A stretch of 64,000 nucleotides of DNA from Alphaproteobacteria bacterium (GCA_965228895.1 OZ245842.1:224001-288000); one strand, 5' to 3'; shown: positions 39,978-49,609, counted from the first letter of the stretch. Notes: generated by a model from the sequence alone, not told the origin. Program-made: numbers and translations.

Positions 39978-40757
39978 TCACGCCGATCCCGTTGGGTCGG
40001 GCGCCACGGTGATCGCGGCGACCTGTCGGCCGTAGTCCGGTTCGGTCCGATGCACGCTGCGGCGGTAGCTGAAGAAGCGGTCGCTGTCGGCGCACGTATC
40101 ATCGCCCGTCCAGCTCTCAGAGCGCAGGCCAAGCAGAGACAGCCGCGCCAGCAAGTAGCCGGGAAGATCGAACATGGCATGACCGTCGCGCCGCGCGTCG
40201 GTGAAGAAACGCGCGTTGGCGGAACCGGCGTTGACGAAGCGATCGCGGAACTCCGGCCCCACTTCATAAGAGGCCGGCGCGATGCATGGGCCAATCACCG
40301 CTGCGATATCCGCGCGCTTGGCGCCGAGCGCTTCCATGGCGTAAACGGTGGCTTCTGCGACGCCGGCAAGCGCGCCTTTCCAGCCGGCATGGGCCGCGCC
40401 GACGACCTTGGCCTGGCGGTCGGCAAACAGAATGGGCGCACAGTCGGCCGTCAGAACACCAAGGGCAATGCCCGGTTCGGCCGTTACCATGGCGTCGGCC
40501 TTCTGACCGGCGACATCATCGGGATCGTGCACCGTGATAACCAGATCGCTATGGATCTGATAGAGCGTGCACAACCGGTCGGCGGCAATGCCCAAGGCGT
40601 CGGTTACCCGGCGCCGGTTCTCGGCGACGGCGTCGTGGTCGTCGTCGGAGCCGAAACCGCAATTACGCGTCGCATAAATGCCGGTACTGACGCCGCCGGT
40701 GCGGTCAAAGAAGCCGTGACGCAGCCCGGCTCCATCCAGTGCGCTTGCCGTAATCAC
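39978..40757 (-). CDS. pgeF: Peptidoglycan editing factor / purine nucleoside phosphorylase PgeF (YfiH)
   Basis: HGFFDRTGGVS, QIHS, TADCAPIL, AHAGWKG, FFSYRR. Confidence 0.92.
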   Translation of the reverse strand: MITASALDGAGLRHGFFDRTGGVSTGIYATRNCGFGSDDDHDAVAENRRRVTDALGIAADRLCTLYQIHSDLVITVHDPDDVAGQKADAMVTAEPGIALGVLTADCAPILFADRQAKVVGAAHAGWKGALAGVAEATVYAMEALGAKRADIAAVIGPCIAPASYEVGPEFRDRFVNAGSANARFFTDARRDGHAMFDLPGYLLARLSLLGLRSESWTGDDTCADSDRFFSYRRSVHRTEPDYGRQVAAITVAPDPTGSA

Positions 40758-41815
40758 ACCGTACCCCCGAAGCCGGCTGGCGCAATGGCGCGGTCGCCGG
40801 TGATAGCAAGAACCTTGTAAAGGCGTCCCATGGTGTTGTCGCCGGTAAGGCGTTCAAGGCCGGCGGTGATTTGTGACCTCTGGTCGTCGTTGGCTGTCTC
40901 GGCCAAGGTTGCCGCCCTGGTCTCGATGCCCAGGCGTTTGAGGAATGCGCCTTGATCGACCGGACCAAAGCAGTGTGCGCCCGCATTTACGGCAGCCCCG
41001 ATCAAGGCGCTGAAATCGACGGCGGCGGCAAGGTCGGCTTGACCGGGCGCGGCGAACCGCTCGGCACGGCGATGGTCGCGCACGGCCTGCAGCGTGTCGC
41101 CGCTGCCGGCAAAATCGACAATCACCGCCGCGCCGCCGTCCGTGGTCAGCCTGGCGCCAAGCGATGTCATCGTTGCCTGGCGGACCGGTGAAATCTCCGT
41201 GACGCGTCCGGCAGGTTCGAGCGGCGGCAGATCCCTCCTGGTGTCGTCGGCAGCGAGTACGGGGGAAAACAATCCACCATCGCTCGCGATGAGCCGTTCG
41301 CGCCACCCCGACGCGGTCGCGACGAACTGGCGCACCGGCAGCGCGTCGAAGAACTCGTTGGCGATGACAAAGGCCGGGAGGCCGCTGTCGATGTCCTCCA
41401 ACTTGTCGTGCCAGACCACGTCCTGGCCGGCGAGAGCCGCACGCTGCACTTGGCGCAGATGCGGACTGGTCTCGACCAGATGCACGGTAAAGGCGTCGTG
41501 CGCGGCGGGGACAACCGACATGGCGCGCAGCGCATCGGCCATTAAGGTGCCGCGGCCCGGGCCCAATTCGATCAGCAGAGCACGCTCCGGCGCGCCTGCC
41601 TGCTGCCATGCGTCGATACACCAGAGCCCGAGCAGTTCGCCGAACATTTGGCTGGTCTCCGGCGCGGTGACAAAGTCGCCTTGGCGGCCGAAGGGGTCGC
41701 GATGCATGTAGTAACCGAAATCGGCATGGCCGAGCGCTTCGGCCATGAAGGCATCGACACCGATCGGACCGTCACGGGCGATGCGCTGATGCAGTATGGC
41801 CGCCAGATCGCTCAC
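40754..41815 (-). CDS. SAM-dependent methyltransferase (NDUFAF7/MidA family)
   Basis: GYY..RDPFG..GDFVTAPETSQMFGE, IELGPGRGTL, ANEFFDALP; GTG start overlapping the lgt stop. Confidence 0.9.
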   Translation of the reverse strand: MSDLAAILHQRIARDGPIGVDAFMAEALGHADFGYYMHRDPFGRQGDFVTAPETSQMFGELLGLWCIDAWQQAGAPERALLIELGPGRGTLMADALRAMSVVPAAHDAFTVHLVETSPHLRQVQRAALAGQDVVWHDKLEDIDSGLPAFVIANEFFDALPVRQFVATASGWRERLIASDGGLFSPVLAADDTRRDLPPLEPAGRVTEISPVRQATMTSLGARLTTDGGAAVIVDFAGSGDTLQAVRDHRRAERFAAPGQADLAAAVDFSALIGAAVNAGAHCFGPVDQGAFLKRLGIETRAATLAETANDDQRSQITAGLERLTGDNTMGRLYKVLAITGDRAIAPAGFGGTV

Positions 41816-42669
41816 TTCTTCTTGCGTTTGCTCTTTTGCGTCTGGGGTTTCGCCGGTGCTTTCTGGGCGGGCGCGACGTATGGCTTCGCCCAGATCAGCA
41901 GAGCGAGGCCGATCACGATCATCGGGACTGACAGAAGTTGACCCATGGTGGCGCCGGCAAACAGGAAACCCAGATGGGCATCCGGCTCGCGAAAGAACTC
42001 GACGACGAACCGCGATACGCCATAGCCCGCCAGAAAAAGTCCGCCGATGGCGCCGGGACGCAGCCTGAGCGACGTCGCACGCCATGCCCAGTAGACGACG
42101 AGGCCAAGCACGAGGCCTTCCAGCACGGCTTCATAGAGCTGACTGGGGTGACGCGGTTCCGGTCCGCCGTTGGGGAAGATGACGGCCCACGGTACGTCGG
42201 TGACACGGCCGAACAGCTCACCGTTGATGAAGTTGGCGCAGCGCCCAAGGAAAAGGCCGATCGGCACCACCGAAGCGACGATGTCGCCCAGCGCCAGGAT
42301 CGGGATCTTTTTGATTCGGGCGAAGATGGTGAAGGCCAGAATGACGCCGATAAGACCGCCGTGAAACGCCATGCCGCCTTGCCACACAGCCAGGATCTCG
42401 CCGGGGTTGTTGAGGTAATAGCCGGGTTTGTAGAACAGGACGTAGCCCAGGCGGCCGCCCAGGACGATGCCCAGGGTGATCCACAGCAACAGGTCATCAA
42501 TTGTCTTGCGGTCGATGGCGACCGGCGATTTGCGTGCTAGAACAATGGCATAGGCCCAGCCTAGCAGGATGCCCGCGACATAGGCGAGGGCATACCAGCG
42601 AAGCGCGAAGGGGCCGATCTGGACGAGTGTCGGATCGATCTCGGGAAAGGCGAGGGCAAGTGCGTGCAT
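41812..42669 (-). CDS. lgt: Prolipoprotein diacylglyceryl transferase
   Basis: RWYALAY, GGRLGYVLFY, GGMAFHGG, GRCANFINGELFGR, RHPSQLYE, EFFREPD. Confidence 0.96.
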   Translation of the reverse strand: MHALALAFPEIDPTLVQIGPFALRWYALAYVAGILLGWAYAIVLARKSPVAIDRKTIDDLLLWITLGIVLGGRLGYVLFYKPGYYLNNPGEILAVWQGGMAFHGGLIGVILAFTIFARIKKIPILALGDIVASVVPIGLFLGRCANFINGELFGRVTDVPWAVIFPNGGPEPRHPSQLYEAVLEGLVLGLVVYWAWRATSLRLRPGAIGGLFLAGYGVSRFVVEFFREPDAHLGFLFAGATMGQLLSVPMIVIGLALLIWAKPYVAPAQKAPAKPQTQKSKRKKK

Positions 42670-42701
42670 GAGGGTTCCGGAGCGTTTGGTGTCCAGGACC
42701 T

Positions 42702-42739
42702 TAGAGCAGATCACCCTGTGTTTGAATCGCTTCGCGATG
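42702..42739 (+). repeat. Truncated fragment of the double-hairpin element
   Basis: TAGAGCAGATCACCCTGTGTTTGAATCGCTTCGCGATG matches the first half of hairpin 1. Confidence 0.6.
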
Positions 42740-42867
42740 ATTCGCTGATGGCCCAATTCGCCCAGTATTCGGCCATGTGATGCCTGAAGTCACCCGATCG
42801 TGACCGAACGGTTGCGGTCTTGACCGGAACACGCCATATGACGCCCATCAAATCGGGAGAAGGCGCC

Positions 42868-43206
42868 ATGCAAACCGATAACCGGATTCTGGACGATCTC
42901 GCCCGCGTGCTGAGCGGCGCGGTGACGGCGGCGTCGGGTGTACGCGAAGAGGTCGAGGCGCGCCTGCGCCAGCAGCTCGAGGGCGTCTTCGAGCGTATGG
43001 ATCTGGTCAATCGTGAGGATTTCGAGGTCGTCCGCGACATGGCGGCCCTGGCACGCCAGGAGAACGAACGTCTGAGCGCGCGGGTCACCGAGCTCGAAGC
43101 GCGGCTGGAGGCCTTGGAATCGTCGAAAAAGATAGGCGGATCGACCTCCTCCAAACGAAAGAAAACGTCCACAACGGGTACAAAAAAGGCGCAGAAAGCC
43201 AGTTGA
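42868..43206 (+). CDS. Accessory factor UbiK (BMFP) family protein
   Basis: MQTDNRILDDLARV, MDLVNREDFEVVRDMA, coiled coil; divergent from lgt. Confidence 0.85.
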   Translation: MQTDNRILDDLARVLSGAVTAASGVREEVEARLRQQLEGVFERMDLVNREDFEVVRDMAALARQENERLSARVTELEARLEALESSKKIGGSTSSKRKKTSTTGTKKAQKAS

Positions 43207-43317
43207 TGGGATAGAAACCGTCTGGCAGGCTGACCATGTGTTGATGCTGCCTGACAGTGCATCCCCTTCACCTCCACCGCGGTAAGGCTTTACCGTGCCT
43301 CGACAAGGAGAGGCGCA

Positions 43318-43824
43318 GTGACGGATTTGTTGGAAGAAGAGGCGACCGGCCCGGACCAGCATCCGCTGGACATGGTCGAGCGGTTTGTCACGGCCAACGC
43401 CTGGGCGTGCGAGCGCCTGGCCGAGAATGAGATCGCCGTCGAGATCGAGGGCCGCTGGTGCGCCTACCGCATGTGGTTCGGCTGGGAAGGCGAGCTTGAT
43501 GCGCTGATGCTGTCCTGCGCCTTCGACCTGAAGGTGCCGGAAGAGAGGCTTTCGGAGATCTGCCGTCTGCTGGCTTATGTGAACGAGCGCCTGTGGGTCG
43601 GCCATTTCGACCTGTTCAGCGGCGAACGTGTGATCACCTATCGGCACGCGCTGTTGCTCGGCGGCCATGACATGCCGACGGACGAGCAACTGGCCGATCT
43701 GATCGACATCACGATCTCGGAATCCGAGCGCTTCTATCCGGCCTTCCAGTATGTGATCGGTGACGGCAAGTCCGCCGAAGAAGCCGTCAGCGCCGCCATC
43801 ATCGACCCGGTCGGCGAAGCCTGA
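43318..43824 (+). CDS. YbjN domain protein
   Basis: HPLDMVE, CAFDLKVP, NERLWVGHFD, ERFYPAFQYV; usual position before proC. Confidence 0.8.
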   Translation: MTDLLEEEATGPDQHPLDMVERFVTANAWACERLAENEIAVEIEGRWCAYRMWFGWEGELDALMLSCAFDLKVPEERLSEICRLLAYVNERLWVGHFDLFSGERVITYRHALLLGGHDMPTDEQLADLIDITISESERFYPAFQYVIGDGKSAEEAVSAAIIDPVGEA

Positions 43825-43828
43825 ATCC

Positions 43829-44653
43829 ATGCTCTCCGACGCGTTTCCGGTGCTGCTGGTGGGCTGCGGCAAGATGGGTGGCGCCATGTTGGCGGGATGG
43901 CGCGCGCAGGGTATCGACGCCGATAAGATCGTCGTTGTCGAACCGGCCGAGGCCACGGCGGAAGGGATCGCGACCGACCATGGCGTGATTGTCGTCGGTG
44001 ATGCCGGCGATGTCCCCACCGCGTTTGCGCCTGCGGTCGTCGTGGTCGCGGTCAAACCGCAGGTCATGGCGGAAGCGACCGGCGGACTTCAGCGTTTCGC
44101 TGATGCCGGTGCCTTGGTTCTGTCGATCGCGGCGGGAACGACCATTGAATTTTTTGAGCGGGCCTTGGGCGATGGTGCGTCGATCGTCAGGTCGATGCCG
44201 AACACGCCGGCGGCCGTCGGCCATGGCATCACGGCGCTGGTCGCCAATCCCCACGTCTCCGACGCTCAGCGCGCCGCAGCCGAAGCGCTCGCCGCAACCG
44301 TCGGTGATACCGTGTGGCTGGACGACGAAGCTTTGATGGATCCGGTTACGGCGCTCTCCGGGAGCGGGCCGGCTTATGTCTTCCTGCTCATCGAGATCCT
44401 TGCCAAAGCCGGGGTGGCGAGCGGCCTGCCGCCCGACATCGCGGCGCGTCTGGCCAGCGCCACCGTCGAGGGTGCCGGCGAACTGGCGCGATTGTCGGAC
44501 CAGTCGGCCGAGGACCTACGCCGCGCGGTGACCAGCCCCGGTGGCACGACACACGAAGCCCTTGAAGTGCTCATGGCCGAAGACGGTCTGCAACCGCTGT
44601 TCGATCGCGCCATCGCGGCGGCGACACGGCGTTCGAGGGAGCTCGCCAGCTAG
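43829..44653 (+). CDS. proC: Pyrroline-5-carboxylate reductase
   Basis: GCGKMG, AVKPQ, SIAAG, RSMPNTP, SGSGPAY, VTSPGGTT. Confidence 0.96.
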   Translation: MLSDAFPVLLVGCGKMGGAMLAGWRAQGIDADKIVVVEPAEATAEGIATDHGVIVVGDAGDVPTAFAPAVVVVAVKPQVMAEATGGLQRFADAGALVLSIAAGTTIEFFERALGDGASIVRSMPNTPAAVGHGITALVANPHVSDAQRAAAEALAATVGDTVWLDDEALMDPVTALSGSGPAYVFLLIEILAKAGVASGLPPDIAARLASATVEGAGELARLSDQSAEDLRRAVTSPGGTTHEALEVLMAEDGLQPLFDRAIAAATRRSRELAS

Positions 44654-44762
44654 AGCGGACCGTTGATCGGCGGAATCGCCTCGCGGTTCCGACAAACAAC
44701 GTGAATCCGCCCGCAATCAAAAAGTAGAGCAGATTCATCCAGCGAGATGGGATCTGCTCTAA
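44650..44762 (-). repeat. Double-hairpin element, copy C (one hairpin internally deleted)
   Basis: CTAGAGCGGACC...GTGAATCCGC-AATCAAAAAG-TAGAGCAGATTCA...GATCTGCTCTAA; its TAG is the proC stop. Confidence 0.85.
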
Positions 44763-44842
44763 CAGTTGTGCGTTGGCATCCAGCGCCTGCGACCCTAGAT
44801 TCAAGAAGACGAGCCGAGACTTGATCTACGGGAGGCGAGGAT

Positions 44843-45469
44843 ATGGTTAAGAAGGCGGACGTACCAAAGACAGCTCTGGCAACGGCGCTCAAGCTTGCCG
44901 GACAGCGCGGGTGGCGCGATCTGACCCTTGCCGATATTGCCGCGGAGGGCGGCATGACGCTCGCCCAGGTGCACGATGCCTATGGCTCGAAGGCCGCGAT
45001 CCTGGAGGCTTTTTCCGATCAGATCGACGATGCCGTTCTGTCCGGCGACCGTGCTGATCTCGCCGCCGAAACCGTTCGCGACCGTCTGTTCGATGTCCTG
45101 ATGCGCCGTTTCGATGCGCTTGCGCCGCACAAGGACGCGGTCAGGGCCATCGTGCGCGACAACGGCGCCGATCCCTGCGCCATGATGGGCAGCGCCTGTC
45201 GCCTGATGCGCTCCATGCGTTGGATGTTGGAGGCAGCGCGGGTCGACACGTCGGGCTTGGCTGGGCGCGTGCGGGTCAAGGGGCTGATGGCGCTCTATGC
45301 CGATGTCATGCGTACATGGCTCAGCGACGACAGCGAGGACATGGGCAAGACCATGGCCTTGCTCGACAAGCGGCTGGGTCAGGTCGACCGTCTTTGCGCG
45401 GCGGCTTGCCGCTTTGGCCCGCGCCGAGCTGGCGACCGTCAGGACGATGCCGCCGAACAGCCGGCATGA
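44843..45469 (+). CDS. TetR-fold protein
   Basis: GWRDLTLADIAAEGG HTH-like; RDRLFDVLMRRFD; C-terminal WLSDDSEDMGKTMALLDKRL. Confidence 0.75.
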   Translation: MVKKADVPKTALATALKLAGQRGWRDLTLADIAAEGGMTLAQVHDAYGSKAAILEAFSDQIDDAVLSGDRADLAAETVRDRLFDVLMRRFDALAPHKDAVRAIVRDNGADPCAMMGSACRLMRSMRWMLEAARVDTSGLAGRVRVKGLMALYADVMRTWLSDDSEDMGKTMALLDKRLGQVDRLCAAACRFGPRRAGDRQDDAAEQPA

Positions 45470-45816
45470 CGGAGTCCGCCGACCAGATCGGCTTTGATGA
45501 CTTTCTGAAGGTCGATATCCGTGTTGGCACGGTGATCGCGGCGGAGCCGTTTCCCGAAGCACGCAAACCGGCGTTCCGGTTGCAGATCGATTTTGGGCCG
45601 CAGATCGGTGTTCGCAAGACGTCGGCCCAGGTCGTCGCCAACTACACGCTGGACGATTTGGTCGGGCGTCAGGTGGCGGCGGTGGTCAACTTTCCGCCAC
45701 GCCAGATCGGCCCGATGATGTCGGAGGTCCTGACCTTGGGTTTCCCCGACGACAACGGCGAGGTCGTGCTGGCCGCCGTCGATCGACCAGTGCCTAACGG
45801 CGGCCGACTCTATTAG
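45466..45816 (+). CDS. csaA: tRNA-binding protein / chaperone CsaA
   Basis: FDDFLKVDIRVGT, FPEARKPA, SAQ, VVNFPPRQIG, SEVLTLG. Confidence 0.88.
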   Translation: MTESADQIGFDDFLKVDIRVGTVIAAEPFPEARKPAFRLQIDFGPQIGVRKTSAQVVANYTLDDLVGRQVAAVVNFPPRQIGPMMSEVLTLGFPDDNGEVVLAAVDRPVPNGGRLY

Positions 45817-45829
45817 CTGACACCCTGGG

Positions 45830-47167
45830 CTAAACCGGAATGACGATCCGCGCCCTTAGGCCGCCCAAGGGCGAATCATCCAGCGTCAACTCACCGCCAT
45901 GACCCCTGGCGATATCACGGGCGATGGTCAGGCCAAGGCCGGTGCCGCCGGTTTCCGGGTTGCGTGAGGCGTCCAGGCGGAAGAAGGCCCGGAACGCTGC
46001 CTCGCGGGACTCCCGGGGGATGCCAGGGCCGTCGTCGTCGACGGTGATCGTGATGGCATCGCCCGTCCGCCGTGCGGCGATCGCGACGTGCTCGGCATAG
46101 CGTTGGGCGTTGTTGACCAGGTTCGTCAGGCAGCGTTTGAAAGCCTGCGGCCTGATTTCGACCTCAAGGTCGCCTTCGGTCTCGGCGTCAACCACACCGT
46201 TGTGGGCGCCGGTCACGACCTCGTTGATCATGGCGCTCAGATCCGTGCTGGCGACCGGTTCCTCGCCCTCGCCGCGGGCGAAGGCCAGATAGGCGTCGAC
46301 CATGCGCTCCATGTCGGCGATATCGGCCTGCAGATCGGCCGCGCCCGCCTTGTCGTTCAGCATCGCGAGCTGCAGTTTCATGCGCGTCAGAGGCGTTCGG
46401 AGGTCATGGCTGACACCGGCCAGCATCTGGGTGCGTTGTGCGATCTGACGCAGGATACGCGCGCGCATCATCAAGAAGGCATGGGCGGCCTGACGCACCT
46501 CGCTGGCGCCCGACGGCTTCAGTTCGACGTCCGTGCGTCCCTTGCCCAGGCTGTCGGCGGCGGCGGCCAGCCGCCGGATCGGTCTTATCTGTTGGCGCAG
46601 AAAATAGGCGGCGATAATAGCCAGGACGACCGACGTACCGACCATCCAGAAAACCAGAAGATCGGTTGTCGAGCTCTCCAGGCGCTTCTCGTGGATGTAA
46701 ACGTCCAGCACACCGCTCTGCAGGCCAACCTTGATCAGCATCATGCGGTTGCCGGCGTCTGTATCGATGATGAAGGGGCGCCCGACCCGTTCGTTCAGGC
46801 TCTCGGCCAGTTGTTCCTCAAGACCGCTTGAACCGATCGGCGGCAGTTCGGCCGGCAGGTGTTCGCCGGGCCGGAAAGAAGCCTCCATGTCCAGGTGGAT
46901 CCGGCTGATGCGGTAGACCAGGCTTTGCTCGTCTTCGGATTCATACGTGTTCATCATCCAGATCAGCGTCGAGATGTCGCCGGCGACGGCGGTCGTCAGA
47001 CGCCGCGTCACCGTGTCCCAATGGCGTTCATAGAAAACCAGGGCAACAACGATCTGCAGGATGATGATCGGGATCAGCACGATCAGCAACGAGCGTCCGA
47101 AGATGCTGCGCGGCAGAAGGCGCTTGACCGGGACGGCCCGGCGTCTGGTACCCAGCGACATGGTCAT
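45830..47167 (-). CDS. Two-component sensor histidine kinase (EnvZ/RisS-like)
   Basis: 2 TMs, HAMP, GVSHDLRTPLTR H-box, NLVNNA, DDDGPG, GTGLGL. Confidence 0.93.
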   Translation of the reverse strand: MTMSLGTRRRAVPVKRLLPRSIFGRSLLIVLIPIIILQIVVALVFYERHWDTVTRRLTTAVAGDISTLIWMMNTYESEDEQSLVYRISRIHLDMEASFRPGEHLPAELPPIGSSGLEEQLAESLNERVGRPFIIDTDAGNRMMLIKVGLQSGVLDVYIHEKRLESSTTDLLVFWMVGTSVVLAIIAAYFLRQQIRPIRRLAAAADSLGKGRTDVELKPSGASEVRQAAHAFLMMRARILRQIAQRTQMLAGVSHDLRTPLTRMKLQLAMLNDKAGAADLQADIADMERMVDAYLAFARGEGEEPVASTDLSAMINEVVTGAHNGVVDAETEGDLEVEIRPQAFKRCLTNLVNNAQRYAEHVAIAARRTGDAITITVDDDGPGIPRESREAAFRAFFRLDASRNPETGGTGLGLTIARDIARGHGGELTLDDSPLGGLRARIVIPV

Positions 47168-47173
47168 GGGCGT

Positions 47174-47313
47174 CTAGCGCGGATCATGGTTTGGTGGAGC
47201 CGCCTGACGGTTCCACCAAACCATGTGAATCCGCTCTCCATCTATAAACAGAGCAGATTCATCTGCCTTGAGGGAATCGCGACGCGATCCCATCAAAACA
47301 GGATCTACTCTAG
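47174..47313 (-). repeat. Double-hairpin element, copy D
   Basis: CTAGCGCGGATC...GGATCTACTCTAG, 140 bp; supplies the stop of the response regulator and separates it from its kinase. Confidence 0.9.
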
Positions 47314-47984
47314 GATGTTCTGAGAACATAACCCTCGCCCCAGACCGTTTGAAGAAACCGTGGCGCGCGCGGATCGTCCTCGATCTTACGCCTCAGCCGC
47401 GTCACCTGGACGTCAATGGTTCTCTCACCGGCACCGCTTTGCTGCGACAGTTTGAAGCGCGACAAGGTGACGCCCGGCTGCATGGTGAAAACGCGCAGCA
47501 GGTTGGCCTCGCGACCGGTCAGCGGCACCAGGTCATCGCCGCGCCAGAGTTCCAGGCGTTCGGGATCGAAGCTGAAAGGACCGAAATCGACCGCATCGGT
47601 TGATTCTTCCGCTACCACGGACCGACGCAAGATGCTCTGAATACGCAAGACCAGCTCGCGCGGTTCGAACGGCTTGGGCAAGTAGTCGTCGGCGCCGCTT
47701 TCCAGTCCCGCGATGCGGTCGTCGGTGGCATCCATGGCGGTCAGCATCAAGATCGGCGTGCCCACGGCCTTTCGGATACGGCGGGTGAAGGCCATGCCAT
47801 CCTCGCCTGGCATCATGACGTCAACAATCAAGAGATCGAAGGCAAGGCTTGTCAGCTTGGCCTCCGCGTCCGCCGCGTCTTCGGCCGTACTGACCAGGAA
47901 GTTTTGATCGGCCAAATACTTGCGCAACAGCTCCCGAAGCCGGCGGTCGTCGTCGATGACCAGGATATGGGGCTGTTCGGGCAT
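47310..47984 (-). CDS. OmpR family response regulator (PetR-like)
   Basis: IDDD, VDVMMPGEDG, GADDYLPKPF, winged helix RTIDVQVTRLRRKIE. Confidence 0.93.
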   Translation of the reverse strand: MPEQPHILVIDDDRRLRELLRKYLADQNFLVSTAEDAADAEAKLTSLAFDLLIVDVMMPGEDGMAFTRRIRKAVGTPILMLTAMDATDDRIAGLESGADDYLPKPFEPRELVLRIQSILRRSVVAEESTDAVDFGPFSFDPERLELWRGDDLVPLTGREANLLRVFTMQPGVTLSRFKLSQQSGAGERTIDVQVTRLRRKIEDDPRAPRFLQTVWGEGYVLRTS

Positions 47985-47988
47985 GGAC

Positions 47989-48474
47989 TCAACGGTTGCG
48001 CTTCAGCCGGGCACGATCTTCTTCGTCGACCATGCCGGTCAAGACGCGCCGGTATCCGGCCACCGCGTCGGCGCCTGCTTCGCGATACGCCCGGGCAATA
48101 CGCTCCCGCTGATCTTCGCTTAACCGCCACTCCAGCTCGGCGCCGGCCTGGGTCAGATAGAGCAGGCGCTGGCGTCGGTCGCGGGTGCCCTGGCGCTGCT
48201 CGACATAGCCTTTCTCGATCAACTGGCGCAGGACGCGCGCCAAGCTCTGCTTGGTGATCTTAAGGATCGCCAAGAGTTCTTTGACCGTGATACCGGGATT
48301 GCGCCCGACAAAATAGATCACGCGGTGATGGGCGCGGCCAAAGCCCAACTCGGCCAGGATCGAATCGGGTCGTGCGGTGAAGTCGCGATAGGCAAAGAAC
48401 AGCATTTCCATGCCTTCGCGCAGATCCTCGTCGCGCAGAAACAGCGGGTTGGGACCGGAATTTAAGTCAGCCAT
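47989..48474 (-). CDS. MarR family regulator (PetP-like)
   Basis: LFFAYRDFT, GFGRAHHR, LKITKQSLARVL, DRRQRLL. Confidence 0.9.
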   Translation of the reverse strand: MADLNSGPNPLFLRDEDLREGMEMLFFAYRDFTARPDSILAELGFGRAHHRVIYFVGRNPGITVKELLAILKITKQSLARVLRQLIEKGYVEQRQGTRDRRQRLLYLTQAGAELEWRLSEDQRERIARAYREAGADAVAGYRRVLTGMVDEEDRARLKRNR

Positions 48475-48504
48475 ATTGACGTATATTCCCGTTGATGCTA
48501 ATCA
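48466..48504. promoter_or_regulatory. GTCA-N7-TGAC palindrome over the MarR start codon, overlapping a candidate ilvE promoter
   Basis: GTCAGCCATATTGAC at 48466-48480; TTGACG (48476) + 17 nt + TAATCA (48499). Confidence 0.4.
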
Positions 48505-48561
48505 AGATAGCCGAACGAGGGCGACTCGGGGAAAGCCCCAGTCCAATGTGAAGGAAAGATC

Positions 48562-49446
48562 ATGGCCGATTTTGTCCCCTTTGATGACCGCGACGGCAAG
48601 ATTTGGCTCGATGGCAAGCTGATCGACTGGCGCGACGCCAAAATTCATGTGCTGACCCACGGGCTGCATTATGCCAGTGCCGTGTTCGAAGGCGAACGCT
48701 GCTATGGCGGCAGCATTTTCAAGGTGCGTGAGCATGGCGAACGCCTGCACGCCTCGGCCCAGATGGTCGGCTACGATATCCCCTATTCGGTCGAGGCCCT
48801 GGAGCAGGCGCGCTATGACGTCTTAAAGGCGAACGACATCAGCGATGGCTATGTTCGGCCCGTGGCCTGGCGCGGCAGCGAAATGATGGGCGTCGCAGCG
48901 CACCACAACACGATCCACGTGGCGATCGCGGCGTGGCCGTGGCCGAGCTACTTTTCCGATGAGGCACGCCAGCGCGGCATCAAGCTTGCCATCTCCGACT
49001 GGCGCCGTCCGGCGCCCGACACCGCGCCGACCCAAGCCAAAGCGTCTGGCCTCTACATGATCTGCACGATGTCGAAGCATCAGGCCGAGGCAGAAGGTTT
49101 CGACGATGCCTTGATGTTCGACTATCGCGGCCTGATCGCCGAGGCGACTGGCGCCAATATCTTCATGGCTCAGGAAGGCAAACTGCACACGCCGATCCCC
49201 GACTGTTTCTTGGACGGCATCACCCGGCGCACCGTGATGGACCTGGCCCAGCGGCGCGGCATCGAGGTGATCGAGCGCCATATGGAACCGGAAGAGATCG
49301 CGAAGTCAGACGAGATTTTCCTGACCGGCACCGCGGCCGAAGTGACTCCGGTCGGCCAGGTCGGCGACAACCACTTCCAAGTCGGTTCGATCACCAACCA
49401 GCTGATGGATGACTATGCCGCAGAAGTGCGCAAGGCGCCCGCCTAG
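48562..49446 (+). CDS. ilvE: Branched-chain amino acid aminotransferase
   Basis: HGLHYASAVFEGER, YVRP, AKASGLY, EATGANIF, LDGITR, FLTGTAAEVTPV. Confidence 0.94.
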   Translation: MADFVPFDDRDGKIWLDGKLIDWRDAKIHVLTHGLHYASAVFEGERCYGGSIFKVREHGERLHASAQMVGYDIPYSVEALEQARYDVLKANDISDGYVRPVAWRGSEMMGVAAHHNTIHVAIAAWPWPSYFSDEARQRGIKLAISDWRRPAPDTAPTQAKASGLYMICTMSKHQAEAEGFDDALMFDYRGLIAEATGANIFMAQEGKLHTPIPDCFLDGITRRTVMDLAQRRGIEVIERHMEPEEIAKSDEIFLTGTAAEVTPVGQVGDNHFQVGSITNQLMDDYAAEVRKAPA

Positions 49447-49582
49447 AGCAGATCCCGTTTTGATGGAATCGCTGCGCGATGCCATCAAGAAGGGTGAATC
49501 TGCTCTACTCTTAGATTAAGAGCGGATTCACGTGGTTAGGTGGAGCCGCGCAACGGTTCCACCTAACCACGATCCGCTCTAA
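49443..49582 (+). repeat. Double-hairpin element, copy E
   Basis: CTAGAGCAGATCCC...GATCCGCTCTAA, 140 bp; its TAG is the ilvE stop. Confidence 0.9.
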
Positions 49583-49609
49583 GCCGCCTGACAACCGCAG
49601 TAAACTGAT

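Noticed and set aside
44651-44704. Amber codon plus hairpin as a pyrrolysine/recoding signal (tempting given the methylamine genes)
   Set aside because: The TAGs fall at the normal C-termini of ProC, IlvE, UvrC and the response regulator, read-through ends within 16 codons, and no pyl genes are present.
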